From the NCBI GenBank assembly GCA_963719515.1, contig CAVRCJ010000001.1, positions 256,001-320,000 of the forward strand: a stretch of 64,000 nucleotides of DNA. The letters are read 5' to 3'. The stretch is from an uncultured cyanobacterium. Its GTDB lineage: Bacteria > Cyanobacteriota > Cyanobacteriia > CAKZMO01. The stretch's first letter is position 1. Each line of letters opens with the position of its first letter. Position numbers and translations under genes: made by a program. Below, in pieces: positions 27,400 through 37,740 of the stretch. Below the pieces are notes generated by a model. The model had not been told where the DNA came from, made no database searches, and was given only the letters and a program-made list of their open reading frames with translations.

Positions 27400-28740
27400 A
27401 TGACTGCCGAAAACACCGCCCCTAGCCGCGATGCTTTTATTCCCTGCCGTCGCCAGGACCTGATTGACCTATGCCTAAAATCCGGCGAGCTAGACGATAG
27501 CGCATCTCAGCAGTTTCGAGAATTCTGCGCTCTGCTGTCGGCCCTCTACCACTTTCGGTTCCACCGAGTCAGCGAAGAGATCAAGCGGGTCTACGCGCCC
27601 TTTGACCCCAATGTTGACGTTGACCCGTCGGTATTGGCCCAAGGCGCGGTCAAAGACTTCGCAGCGATGAGCGCGACCCTGATTGAGCAGGTGCGCCACT
27701 TATTGGAGAAGGCTAACTACAACGAGCTGTCTCAGGGTAGCCTGAGGCGATCGCTCCAGGCCAAGTCTCTCATAGACCTGCGCACCGAAGTCAACTTTGA
27801 CGACTTTGCCCAACTGCTCTGCTACTACCGAGGCGACTCATCTACAACGGTGACGACGGGGCGCTGGTTTTGGAAGCGGGAGCAGGTTGTTGAGCTGTTT
27901 GAGCGGGTTGTGCTTTTAATTCACTTCAAGGATGCAGCCTATTTTGAAGCGGGCGAGTCCGATAAAGATGCGGCCCTAAGGCGCTTTACCCCTGGCAAAG
28001 CCTACGTCTATTTCTACAAACGCATCCCCAAGCACGATATCGAGCTGCTGTTTCCCAACGTTCAGACCAAGATGACCTGGAAAGATATCGCCATGCTGAG
28101 CGTTCCGGCGCTGGGAGCGGCGGTTTCTATTCTCATTAAAGTGCTGCCGCAGCTTTTGATCGTCGTCAGCGCCATCATGCTGGCGGTGGGGCTCCCGGAA
28201 GCGCTGAACTACCTCAACACCAACGAGCGCGAGGTCTACAACCTCATGCCGGTTCTGATTGCCGTCGGGTCTCTGTGCGCTGCCCTCGGTGGGTTTGCCT
28301 ACAAGCAGTACAGCTCTTATAAAACCAAAAAGCTCACGTTTCAAAAGACTGTGACCGACACCCTTTTCTTCCGCAATCTGGCCAATAACGCAGCGGTATT
28401 TCAATTGCTAATTGACCTGGCGGAAGAGGAAGAGTGCAAAGAAGTCATTTTGGTCTACTACCATTTGCTGACCAGCAGCTCGGCGCTGACAGCCGCTGAA
28501 TTGGACCAGCGAATTGAGGCCTGGATGGCGGAAAACTTGAACGCTGACGTCAATTTTGACGTGGCGGATGCGACTCAAAAGTTGACAGACCTGCGGCCTA
28601 TTCCCGGCGAAGACCTGGAGAGCAGCGAGGTAGCGCTACTGCGATATGACGAACAGAGCCGGTGTCATCTACTGCCGCTAGACCAAGCGCTGAGGGTGCT
28701 TGACAAACTTTGGGACGACGCCTTTCGCTATGCAATCTAA
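27400..28740 (+). CDS. DUF3754/TMEM143-like membrane protein
   Basis: IP..DIELLFP, two TM segments, LFFRNLANN...AEEEECKE. Confidence 0.75.
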   Translation: MTAENTAPSRDAFIPCRRQDLIDLCLKSGELDDSASQQFREFCALLSALYHFRFHRVSEEIKRVYAPFDPNVDVDPSVLAQGAVKDFAAMSATLIEQVRHLLEKANYNELSQGSLRRSLQAKSLIDLRTEVNFDDFAQLLCYYRGDSSTTVTTGRWFWKREQVVELFERVVLLIHFKDAAYFEAGESDKDAALRRFTPGKAYVYFYKRIPKHDIELLFPNVQTKMTWKDIAMLSVPALGAAVSILIKVLPQLLIVVSAIMLAVGLPEALNYLNTNEREVYNLMPVLIAVGSLCAALGGFAYKQYSSYKTKKLTFQKTVTDTLFFRNLANNAAVFQLLIDLAEEEECKEVILVYYHLLTSSSALTAAELDQRIEAWMAENLNADVNFDVADATQKLTDLRPIPGEDLESSEVALLRYDEQSRCHLLPLDQALRVLDKLWDDAFRYAI

Positions 28741-28786
28741 ACGATAAAGCTTAGATCTAGAGCCATGCCGCGAGCCGCCGCTGTCT

Positions 28787-28981
28787 TATGAGGTCGTAAG
28801 TGGCTAGCCATAAGTAAACGGTGTTGGGGTTCGCCCCCCACTGACCGTCGTTTACTTATGGACTCCTACTTGCAGCATTTTTCATGCTGGTGGAGTACGG
28901 GTGGTAGTGGCGCACCGCGCCACTACCACCCAAATCCGTACCTCACGCGACTGGAAATCGCTTTATTCGTATGAGGTCGTA
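28787..28981. repeat. Two adjacent palindromic small elements inside a 12-bp direct repeat
   Basis: CCATAAGTAAAC/GTTTACTTATGG and GGGTGGTAGTGGCGC/GCGCCACTACCACCC; TATGAGGTCGTA on both sides. Confidence 0.6.
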
Positions 28982-28996
28982 TAAAGCTGTCTGAAT

Positions 28997-29044
28997 AAAC
29001 ACAGCGCCGCAGAAAATGTTTAGTCTTCTGCGGCGCTGTGTTTT
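28997..29044. terminator. Bidirectional intrinsic terminator
   Basis: AAACACAGCGCCGCAGAA / TTCTGCGGCGCTGTGTTT between convergent genes. Confidence 0.8.
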
Positions 29045-29073
29045 AGAGGTGTGAAGAAGCTGCAGTGAGCTAA

Positions 29074-29406
29074 CTACGGAAGGACGTTCTCAAGAACTTC
29101 CTTAACGGATTTCTCGACCGACTGCGCTCCCCGTGAATTCTCAGGCGTATTGGTTTCGCCCTTAGCACCCTGCTGAGCAACGTTTAGGTCGCTAGCGCCA
29201 ACGCTCTTCTGATCGCTACCATCGGGCAGTGGCTCGCTCTTCAGCGCATCTTTTGCCTTGTTGTAAACGCCGTCTAGCTGCGCCTCGCCTTCAGTAGGGC
29301 TGCTTCCGGAGCTAGCGGTAAGCGCAGCTGCGGGAGCAGCGCTGGAAAACAGCAGAACTCCGCAGGTAAAGACAGCAATAACAAAACGAATAAATTTCAT
29401 CGCCAT
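29074..29406 (-). CDS. Small exported hypothetical protein
   Basis: Signal-peptide-like N-terminus; S.PT.GE.QL motif. Confidence 0.7.
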   Translation of the reverse strand: MAMKFIRFVIAVFTCGVLLFSSAAPAAALTASSGSSPTEGEAQLDGVYNKAKDALKSEPLPDGSDQKSVGASDLNVAQQGAKGETNTPENSRGAQSVEKSVKEVLENVLP

Positions 29407-29701
29407 TTCCTCTATTTATGCTCAAAAAACTTTGTAGAGTTGTTGTCAAAAATGATTGATGGTCTAGATAGACTACCGACGTTTAAAGCACGATAAAAAT
29501 TTTCTAAAACAACCAATTCAATTTGAGGACAGTAGAAGTCTACAAAGGAATGCCCATCAGCGAATTAGATTTCGCTAACATCCAAATTTATATCGCATTT
29601 TAGTCACCTAGTATCGGTCTTACGAATGAATTTCAGAATATTAATTGATGTAAATTCTGAGCGTTTTAGCACCGATCTCGTCTATGTGTTGGGCTTAAGC
29701 G

Positions 29702-31123
29702 CTAACTCTCGACAGTCCGTTGCTCTAACCGCTTCCGAAGGCCGTCGACGATGATTTCTAGGCCCACGGCGCGGGATGCCTTAAACAAAATGCGATCGCC
29801 CGGCTGCACTATTGCCCCCAAGCGGTTGGTCAAATCGGCGTGGTTATCGAACGCCTCCGATGGAACAGCGCCAGCCCCAGCCGCTAAGGCCTGCTGCTCC
29901 GGCTCATCTGCCAAGATCAAGAGCCGGTCGATACCCAAGGCCCTAACCGTCTCCCCCACCCGCTTGTGCAGCGCCACGGAATAGTCGCCTAGCTCTTTCA
30001 TGGTCCCCAAGACGGCGATGCGCCGGGCACCGGGGGTTTCTGAGAGTACGGTCAGAGCGGCGATCATCGATTCCGCCCCAGCGTTGTAGGTTTCGTCCAG
30101 CAGCAGCACGTCGTTGGGCAACTCGTAGCGCTGGGCGCGACCGGCGGGCAGCGCCACCGACAGCCCTGATTCTAAAGGTGCCCAGCTTAGGCCCAGAACC
30201 TGAGTCACCGCCAGCGCCGCTAGATAGTTGAGGGCGTTGTGGCGACCGGGCAGCGGCAGGGGCAGCCGTTTGTCCCCAACCTGAATGTGCTCACCGTTGA
30301 GAAACCCTCGCATATCTCCCTGCTCTAATCCGTAGGTCACCGTCTTCCCGGACCAAACCGCTGTCGCCGTTTTCATCAGCCGCTCGTTGTCTGCGTTGAG
30401 CACCGCTACGCTATTGGGCGGCATCTCTGCCAACAGCTCACACTTTGCCTGGGCGATCGCCTCTTCAGAGCCCAGCCGCTCGATGTGCGCCGTCCCCACG
30501 TTGGTGATCACCGCCACGTCGGGCTGGGCCACTTGGCTGAGCAGCGCAATTTCCCCCCGGCCGCGCATCCCCATCTCCACTACGGCGTAGTCATGCTCGG
30601 GGGTCAATTCGAGCAAGGTCTTGGGGACGCCAATTTCGTTGTTGTAGTTGGCCCGGGTTTTGAGCACCTTACCCTGGGCTGCAAGCGCCGCCGCAATGAT
30701 CTCCTTGGTGGTGGTTTTGCCCACCGACCCCGTCACCGCAATGATTTTCGCAGGACACTGCTGTCGCCACCAGCGGGCGATCGCTTGATACGCGGTCAGG
30801 GTATTGGGCACGACGATTTGGGGCAGGTCGCTATCCACCCTTCGGGACACGATGGCGGCGATCGCTCCCTTTTCCCGAGCGGTTTCAATGAAGCGGTGCC
30901 CGTCGAAGGTCTCTCCCGTCAGGGCAATAAAGACCTCTCCTGGCGCGCCGGTGCGGCTGTCGGTGGAGAGGCCGATCGCCTGGGACTGTCCTATGGCGCT
31001 GGGATGTGCGATGCCGGGGTCTGTGGTGCTGAGATCTGTGGCGCTGGAAGCTAAAAAGCGATCGCCGTCGGGGAATGCAGCAGCAAGCACGTCGAGAAGT
31101 TGGGAGAGGCTAGCGGTGACCAT
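29702..31123 (-). CDS. murF: UDP-N-acetylmuramoyl-tripeptide--D-alanyl-D-alanine ligase
   Basis: STDSR, VTGSVGKTTTKE, NYNNEIGVP, DETYNA, KASR. Confidence 0.96.
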   Translation of the reverse strand: MVTASLSQLLDVLAAAFPDGDRFLASSATDLSTTDPGIAHPSAIGQSQAIGLSTDSRTGAPGEVFIALTGETFDGHRFIETAREKGAIAAIVSRRVDSDLPQIVVPNTLTAYQAIARWWRQQCPAKIIAVTGSVGKTTTKEIIAAALAAQGKVLKTRANYNNEIGVPKTLLELTPEHDYAVVEMGMRGRGEIALLSQVAQPDVAVITNVGTAHIERLGSEEAIAQAKCELLAEMPPNSVAVLNADNERLMKTATAVWSGKTVTYGLEQGDMRGFLNGEHIQVGDKRLPLPLPGRHNALNYLAALAVTQVLGLSWAPLESGLSVALPAGRAQRYELPNDVLLLDETYNAGAESMIAALTVLSETPGARRIAVLGTMKELGDYSVALHKRVGETVRALGIDRLLILADEPEQQALAAGAGAVPSEAFDNHADLTNRLGAIVQPGDRILFKASRAVGLEIIVDGLRKRLEQRTVES

Positions 31124-31200
31124 AGACCTGAACCAATACGGGCAGAGGCGAGTTTACCATATCCAAGGAAACGGTTCAGGGTTGAGTCTAGGTCTCGCGG

Positions 31201-33063
31201 CTACTCTTTGAGTAAATCTTCTCCAAGCTGCAGCTCTAGGGTTTGGTTGGGCTCTACCGCTAGCCGCCGCCGGTTGAGATCTACCGCGCTGATGCCGCTC
31301 AGCGGGCGATTGCCGTCGACGGAGACTACGGCCTGTGCGACAAAGCGACCCTCGCCAGCTTCTGACTCGAACCGCCCGATAATTTGTGTTCCTGCCGGCA
31401 ACACGATCTCGCCTCGCTGGTCTTGAACCACCTGCGTCGTCAGGAGAATCTCTTGGCGAGACTCTCCCGCTGCAAGCTCTAATGCCGATGAGCGCGGATA
31501 GCGCAGCCGCAGGACTGTCCCGGCGGGAATCAAAATTGAGGAAGGAGTATCAACGCGCAGGGCGATTTCGCTGTCGAGGCGGCTCTCTAAAGGGGCGGGG
31601 GGCTGGCGTGATATTGGCTCTGTAACGGGGTCAGACTGGGGTCCGTCTACGGGCTCGATTCGAGAGACTTCCACAGCCCCAGCGGCAGGTTCGGCAGGTT
31701 CGCTTTGTGATGCTTCGAGGCCGACTTCGGCGGGTTCAGAGCCGACAAGCTCGACCTGCGGCGTCTCGATAGGTTCGCTCCCTATAGGTTCGGCCTCTAC
31801 GGATTCGCTCTCTACGGGTTCGACCTGTATGGGTTCAGCTTCGGCGGCCTCGGCGACAGGCTCGGCTTCTGGCACGACCGGGCGTATTGGAGACGGGGCG
31901 ATCGCTTCAGTAGGGAACGCTTCAGCCTCTACCTGGGGAGCATCGCGTCGAGCACTGACACTGCGGCCGGGCTCAGTCGGTAAGGCTGAAGGCTGCTCTG
32001 GGGGGACAACTGAGTTCAGAATATCCAAACTGGCAGCTTCCAGGTTTGGACTGCCCAGACTAGCGGCCCCCAGACTAGCGGCCTCCAGGCTAGACGGCTC
32101 TTCCCCGAGGGGCTCTTCATTCCCAGACTCGACTGATGCGACCTCTTCTGCCGGTACACTGCTCAACGGGGTGGGCTCTGAAGGCGCTACTGACAGGCCA
32201 TTAGGCTCTATGACATCTTCACTACCCTCAACTGCCCGCTCATTATTTTCAGCAGTAGGTCTTTCATCTTCCGGGGCAGCGGCTTCCGCTGGAATGACTT
32301 CTAAGTCAACTGCAATTTCCAACGCTCCTGGCTCCAAAGAGGGGAACGACTCGGGCGCTGTCGCGATATCGCCGCCGGTCGATCTTGGCTCGCTGGCTGG
32401 CTCACTTAAACCGGGCTCTAAATTACCTGGGCTATCTTCATCCTCCGGGACATTCTGCCCTAAAGCAGCGCCTGACTGCAGGTCTTGAACCTCCGTTTGC
32501 GCGATCGCTACATTGGCCCCATCGTTGGCCCAGCCTCCCACTGTCGCCGTCTGCTGAGCTAGCGCGGGCATATCCCCCTCCAGGAGGGGGCGAATGGCCC
32601 AGCGCCCGTTTTGAGGGTCTAGCGATCGCAGCTCTACCTGCTGAGCCGCTAGCTCTACATTTGGCTCTAGCTCAATCACCAGGCGGGTTAGCGTCGGCTG
32701 AAACTGATTGACGCGAATCTGACGCACGCTGCCTGAGTAGGTCTGCTCAGCGAGCACCGAGCCCACCGTTGTATCCGGCAAATCCACGACGATTCGGGGC
32801 GGCTGGGCCAGAATGAAATAGTTGGGCTGCGTGCCTCCTGGCGTGACGATTTCGAGCTGCCGGGTTTGCGGGTCGAACCGCCACCGTACGAGCTGAGCGC
32901 TGTAGGCGGGAAGGGGGCTCACCATAGCAGCGATCGCCGTCAGGCTCGCCGCTGTGGTCATCACTTTAGCCATTGAGCTAAGGCTCCAGGCGATCGCCAA
33001 ATGAGAAAAGAGCTGTTTCATGGCACACCGATACCTTAATTCAGGGCGGGAAAGCAGATTCAC
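31201..33063 (-). CDS. AMIN-domain protein with acidic linker
   Basis: P.RIVVDLP.T...IRV.QFQP..TRLVIEL; true start probably downstream. Confidence 0.75.
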   Translation of the reverse strand: MNLLSRPELRYRCAMKQLFSHLAIAWSLSSMAKVMTTAASLTAIAAMVSPLPAYSAQLVRWRFDPQTRQLEIVTPGGTQPNYFILAQPPRIVVDLPDTTVGSVLAEQTYSGSVRQIRVNQFQPTLTRLVIELEPNVELAAQQVELRSLDPQNGRWAIRPLLEGDMPALAQQTATVGGWANDGANVAIAQTEVQDLQSGAALGQNVPEDEDSPGNLEPGLSEPASEPRSTGGDIATAPESFPSLEPGALEIAVDLEVIPAEAAAPEDERPTAENNERAVEGSEDVIEPNGLSVAPSEPTPLSSVPAEEVASVESGNEEPLGEEPSSLEAASLGAASLGSPNLEAASLDILNSVVPPEQPSALPTEPGRSVSARRDAPQVEAEAFPTEAIAPSPIRPVVPEAEPVAEAAEAEPIQVEPVESESVEAEPIGSEPIETPQVELVGSEPAEVGLEASQSEPAEPAAGAVEVSRIEPVDGPQSDPVTEPISRQPPAPLESRLDSEIALRVDTPSSILIPAGTVLRLRYPRSSALELAAGESRQEILLTTQVVQDQRGEIVLPAGTQIIGRFESEAGEGRFVAQAVVSVDGNRPLSGISAVDLNRRRLAVEPNQTLELQLGEDLLKE

Positions 33064-33159
33064 AGGGTCGATCTGAGCTACTTCTAGAGCGAGAAGCCGT
33101 TTCGACCTAACGATGAGTCTGATTCTTTATACGCAGTGCATTAGGGATGCGTCAAGCAC

Positions 33160-34164
33160 TTACAGCTTCCGGCCCAGGGTCAAAAATCGGTCGAGGTCAG
33201 CGAACGTGCCCGCGTAAGCCTTAGTAGGCAAATCGTACCCTTTGAGGTTGAGGCTGTGGGCCTTGAACAGCTCTGACGTTTCGATAGAGATGGAGAGATC
33301 GTCTCTCAAGTATTGATAGGCCGTTTCACCGAAGGCGATATCCACGCCAATTTGCTTCGTAGAAGACTCTAAGCGAAACGCTGCATTTACGGTATCTCCC
33401 AGTGCCGTATAGTCTGGGTGATCCCCAGTACCTGTATTGCCCACCATGGCATAGCCCGTGTTCAGCCCGGCCCCAACGCGCACCGGCGCGTTCAGCGGAT
33501 AGAGCAGATGCAGCTCGCTAGTCATCTTGTGCAGGTCGTTGATGGCTTTGGCGATTTCCATCATCTCCTCATGACTGACCGTCTCCGCCCCGTGGATCCA
33601 GACCGCCATAATGGCATCGCCAATGTATTTATCCACCCAGCTTCCATAGTCGCGGATGATGTCCCCAGCTCGGCGGAACCAGGTGCCGATGGTTTCTGAG
33701 AGCACCGTCTCCTCAAGCTCGCGGGTCATGCCGGTGAAGTTGCGAATGTCCATCACCAGAACAGAGATCATCCGACGCACGTGCAGCATGGCCGTAGCGG
33801 TGTGCTCTTGAGAGTCGCTGTCACCTAAGCTGCCGTCGTCGGGGCCAAACCGGGCTTTAGGGCTGTAAAAGTCGAGATGGGTTTGGCCAAAGGTCAGGCG
33901 ATCGCCGCTTTTCAGCGTTACCGGGACGGTGACGCGCCTCCCGCCCACAAAGGAGCCGTTGCGGCTACCCAAGTCGATCAGGTAAAACTCGCCGGTTTCC
34001 ATCCGCTGCAGCATGGCGTGGTTGCGCGAAATCCAGCGATCGGGCAGCACAAAATTGTTGTCGTCACCGCGACCGATGGTCCAGCAATTGTTACCCGCCA
34101 GAGAAATATAGCGTTTCCCTGACTCAGTATGGAGGATTAAATGGGGAAGAGATTGTGAATTCAC
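33160..34164 (-). CDS. FHA-domain class III adenylate/guanylate cyclase
   Basis: IGRG..SRNHA..GSRNG (FHA); DIRNFT, DKYIGDA, GDTVNAAFRLES. Confidence 0.92.
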   Translation of the reverse strand: MNSQSLPHLILHTESGKRYISLAGNNCWTIGRGDDNNFVLPDRWISRNHAMLQRMETGEFYLIDLGSRNGSFVGGRRVTVPVTLKSGDRLTFGQTHLDFYSPKARFGPDDGSLGDSDSQEHTATAMLHVRRMISVLVMDIRNFTGMTRELEETVLSETIGTWFRRAGDIIRDYGSWVDKYIGDAIMAVWIHGAETVSHEEMMEIAKAINDLHKMTSELHLLYPLNAPVRVGAGLNTGYAMVGNTGTGDHPDYTALGDTVNAAFRLESSTKQIGVDIAFGETAYQYLRDDLSISIETSELFKAHSLNLKGYDLPTKAYAGTFADLDRFLTLGRKL

Positions 34165-34385
34165 CGCAGATGTAGGCCGCTGTTACGTCTCCGTTTCCCG
34201 CTTTTGATAGAGATACATCCTGATGGGCACACTGCGACTTTGTTCAGTCACAGAGAGCCCTGGCGCTTGTGAGCTTCTATCCACAGGGTAAAAACTCTAA
34301 GCTAGCCCGATTCCAAAAGCTGAGATCGGGCAACACACGCTGATTATAACCAAGCTGCGGAAGCTTACGTCACATCATCGCATTT

Positions 34386-35258
34386 TTATGCAGCAGCAGT
34401 GGCGGCAATCCAGAACAGCCCGTCCACCAACAACGTACTTAATACGGCACCACTAAAGGCCCATCGGGACAGCTGAGACGATCTCAGCGGCGGCCAACCC
34501 GCCGCTAAAAGCAGAGCAATTAAAGCAAAGGCACAGCCTGCGCCCCAAGGCGTTTGAACCTTCAAAACCGCCGTGCTGAGAATAGAGGGCGCGAAGGAGG
34601 GATCGACTGCGACGAGGGCTCGCCAGTCGGGGATTAAGTTGACTAGATAGAAATAGGCGTCGGTCAGCGCCGTGCCGAGCAAAGACCCCAGGTAAAACCA
34701 ATGGCCAATATGCCCCCCGCGTCGTCGAATGGCCATGACCGTAAACGGCAGGCCAATGGCTTCCACAGGAAGATGCAAAAGCGGTTCCCACCTGAGCCAT
34801 CCCCAGTAGATCGTGCCGGCTAGCCACGTCCAAGCAAATCCCATCAGGAGGTCTCCCCAAGGTGCCAAAGCCGGACGCGATCGCATCAACAGTGCTAATC
34901 CCCACCAGACCAACAGAAGATCAAGGCTGAGAAACGGCGCAACGCGGACTAATGGAGCCTGGAAAAAGACAGGGACAGAGACGAGGAAGATGGCTGCAGC
35001 AAAAATTAGCCACGGCTGCTGCAGCTGGCGCGAAGTTGGAAGCGTCTCAAGGGAAATCGGGGAATGCTGAGTCAGAGTTGTGTAAGCCAAGGGGGAAGAT
35101 GAAATGGGGTTCACTTTTCTTAATATACTACAAACGCTCACAACAGGGGTTTCGGCAGAATGCCCCTGGGGGGTATACAGGCAGTGTAGTGCGAATTTCC
35201 TCAGAAAACATGTCCTTGTAGAGGGAGTAGCCCTTAGAAGCGGTTCTTTGGGGGGCAA
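34386..35258 (-). CDS. DUF3120-family membrane protein
   Basis: FLVSVPVFFQAPLVR, YWGWLRWEP..HLPVEAIGLP; true start probably near 35100. Confidence 0.8.
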   Translation of the reverse strand: MPPKEPLLRATPSTRTCFLRKFALHCLYTPQGHSAETPVVSVCSILRKVNPISSSPLAYTTLTQHSPISLETLPTSRQLQQPWLIFAAAIFLVSVPVFFQAPLVRVAPFLSLDLLLVWWGLALLMRSRPALAPWGDLLMGFAWTWLAGTIYWGWLRWEPLLHLPVEAIGLPFTVMAIRRRGGHIGHWFYLGSLLGTALTDAYFYLVNLIPDWRALVAVDPSFAPSILSTAVLKVQTPWGAGCAFALIALLLAAGWPPLRSSQLSRWAFSGAVLSTLLVDGLFWIAATAAA

Positions 35259-35433
35259 CGGCAGAAATGTGAAATTTTTCTGAAATTTTGACGCTCTGCT
35301 TGCTGTGGCTATGTCCTGCTCATAAGCTGGAGCAACTGAAAGGGCTAATGAAGCGCAAGCCGCCTTGAAGGCTCAGTAAGCGACTCGATTTAGTTAGATA
35401 GGCTTTACCCCAACCGCCGATTAACTTGCATAT

Positions 35434-36357
35434 ATGTTTTCTTTATTGTTATTCGATCTGTTTAGCGCTTATATTTTGGGTCAAAGTCCCGCAGAAACAG
35501 CAAGCAGCGGCGTTGCCGAGCTCGGTGTGTTCAAGTCCATCGTCTTAGGAATCGTACAGGGACTGACAGAGTTTTTGCCCATCAGTAGCACGGCCCACAT
35601 GAAGGCGGTTCCGGTCGCTTTGGGCTGGGGCGATCCCGGCGTTGCCTTCACCGCCATCATTCAGCTAGGCAGCATTGTTGCCATCCTCTGGTACTTTTGG
35701 GATGACCTCACCCAGGTGGTTGCCGGCACAGTCCGCGCGATCGCCAAGTCTGACTACCAGTCCCAGGATTTTCGCATCGGGCTGGGTATCTTTTTGGGCA
35801 CGTTTCCCATCGTGATTTGCGGTCTGTTGATGAAGGCCCTGATCCCCGACCTGGATAACTCTCCCATTCGCAGCATGGGGGCGATCGCCATTGCCTCGAT
35901 TGTGATGGCCCTGCTGCTGGCGCTAGCGGAGCAGATGGGCAAGCGGGAGCGCAACCTGGAAAAGCTAGGCACCCGGGATGGCATCCTCATGGGCTGCGCC
36001 CAGACCCTGGCCCTCATTCCGGGGGTGTCTCGCTCGGGGTCTACCCTTACTGCGGGTTTGTTTATGGGGCTAGAGCGGGCGACGGCGGCTCGCTTTTCCT
36101 TTTTGCTGGGCATCCCCGCCATTACCCTGGCAGGGCTAGTCGAGCTAGCGGGCCTGTTTGAGACCAACTTCGGCGGCATTGGCGTTGTGCCGCTAGTGGC
36201 GGGCCTGATTGCCTCTGCGGCCTCATCCTACGCGGCGATCGCCTGGCTGATTAAGTATCTGCAAAACCACAACACCTGGGTATTTGTCTGGTATCGGCTG
36301 GGGTTTGGGGTGGCTATTTTAGCGGCGCTTGCCCTGGGGCTAGTTGAGAACAGCTGA
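35434..36357 (+). CDS. uppP: Undecaprenyl-diphosphate phosphatase
   Basis: QGLTEFLPISSTAH, IPGVSRSGST, AARFSFLL. Confidence 0.95.
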   Translation: MFSLLLFDLFSAYILGQSPAETASSGVAELGVFKSIVLGIVQGLTEFLPISSTAHMKAVPVALGWGDPGVAFTAIIQLGSIVAILWYFWDDLTQVVAGTVRAIAKSDYQSQDFRIGLGIFLGTFPIVICGLLMKALIPDLDNSPIRSMGAIAIASIVMALLLALAEQMGKRERNLEKLGTRDGILMGCAQTLALIPGVSRSGSTLTAGLFMGLERATAARFSFLLGIPAITLAGLVELAGLFETNFGGIGVVPLVAGLIASAASSYAAIAWLIKYLQNHNTWVFVWYRLGFGVAILAALALGLVENS

Positions 36358-36385
36358 TTCGAAGGGGCTATTGTAAAATCGGGGT

Positions 36386-37738
36386 ATGTCTACCCCCCAG
36401 CCCGCCCTCGTCACCCGCGTCCTCCCCGACTCCATTGCCGAAGACCTCGGCTTTGAGCCCGGCGATCGCCTGGTGAGCATTAACGGCGAGCGGCCCCGCG
36501 ACCTAATTGACTACCGGTTCCTCTGCGCCGACGAGGTGCTCACCCTGCAGGTCTTAGATAGCGAGAACGAGCTGCACGAGGTGGAGCTGGAAAAAGACCT
36601 AGACGACGACCTGGGCTTAGAGTTCGAAACTGCCCTATTCGACGGGCTCATACAGTGCAACAACCGCTGTCCTTTTTGCTTTATTGACCAGCAGCCCCCC
36701 GGTAAGCGCCAAACCCTCTACCTCAAAGACGACGACTACCGGCTGAGCTTCTTGTACGGCAGCTACCTGACGCTGACCAATCTCACCCCGCCCGAGTGGG
36801 ACCGCATTGCTCAGATGCGGCTCTCGCCTCTCTATGTCTCGGTCCACGCCACGGACCCTGAAGTGCGATCGCGGCTGCTGAAAAACCCCCGGGCGGGCCA
36901 GATTCTAGAGCAGCTGCAGTGGTTTCGTCAGCACCGCCTGCAAATTCACGCCCAGGTGGTGGTCTGCCCCGGCATCAACGACGGCGAGCAGCTGACGCGC
37001 ACTCTGCTCGATTTGGCTCAGTTTCACGATTTTGAAGATCCTACTGTCCTGTCGGCTGCCGTGGTGCCCGTGGGGCTGACCCGGTTTCGCCCCAACCTGG
37101 AAGAGCTCGCCCCCGTCGACCCACCCACGGCCCGCGAGGTGATTGCCCAGGTTCAAGGCCTGCAGGAGAAATTCCTGCAGCAGTATGGCTCTCGGTTTGT
37201 CTGGCTGGCGGACGAGTGGTTTTTGATTGGCCGCGTAGACCTGCCGCCCGCAGCCCAGTACGAGGACTATCCCCAAATTGGCAACGGCGTCGGTTCGATT
37301 CACCAGTTTTTAGACCAGTTTTACCAAGCGGCTGAAGCGCTGCCTAAGGCGCTGCCCGCTGGCGATCGCCGTCTCACCTGGGTGGTGGGCAACGCGGTGG
37401 AATACGCCTTTGCACCCCTGGTGCAGCGCCTCAACCAGGTGGCAGGGCTGACGGTGACGCTGGCCCCCCTGCGCAGCGTCTACTGGGGCCAGGAGATTAC
37501 GGTGACGGGGCTGCTGACCGGGCAAGATTTGCTGGCTCTGAAGGGGCAAGACCTGGGGGAGGGTATTCTGCTGCCTTCCCTGATGCTCAAGCACGACGAG
37601 GCGCGGTTTCTAGACGATATGACGGTGGATGAGGTCGCAGAGGCGCTGCAGACGCCGATTCACGTGGTCAGCGGGGTTGAGGCGCTGATTCAGGTCTGTG
37701 CTCAGGTAGACCCCTTAGGGGCCATTAGCCTGGTTTAG
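36386..37738 (+). CDS. PDZ + radical-SAM-like protein (TIGR03279/DUF512 type)
   Basis: CNNRCPFCFIDQ, LYLKDDDYRLSFLYG. Confidence 0.88.
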   Translation: MSTPQPALVTRVLPDSIAEDLGFEPGDRLVSINGERPRDLIDYRFLCADEVLTLQVLDSENELHEVELEKDLDDDLGLEFETALFDGLIQCNNRCPFCFIDQQPPGKRQTLYLKDDDYRLSFLYGSYLTLTNLTPPEWDRIAQMRLSPLYVSVHATDPEVRSRLLKNPRAGQILEQLQWFRQHRLQIHAQVVVCPGINDGEQLTRTLLDLAQFHDFEDPTVLSAAVVPVGLTRFRPNLEELAPVDPPTAREVIAQVQGLQEKFLQQYGSRFVWLADEWFLIGRVDLPPAAQYEDYPQIGNGVGSIHQFLDQFYQAAEALPKALPAGDRRLTWVVGNAVEYAFAPLVQRLNQVAGLTVTLAPLRSVYWGQEITVTGLLTGQDLLALKGQDLGEGILLPSLMLKHDEARFLDDMTVDEVAEALQTPIHVVSGVEALIQVCAQVDPLGAISLV

Positions 37739-37740
37739 CC

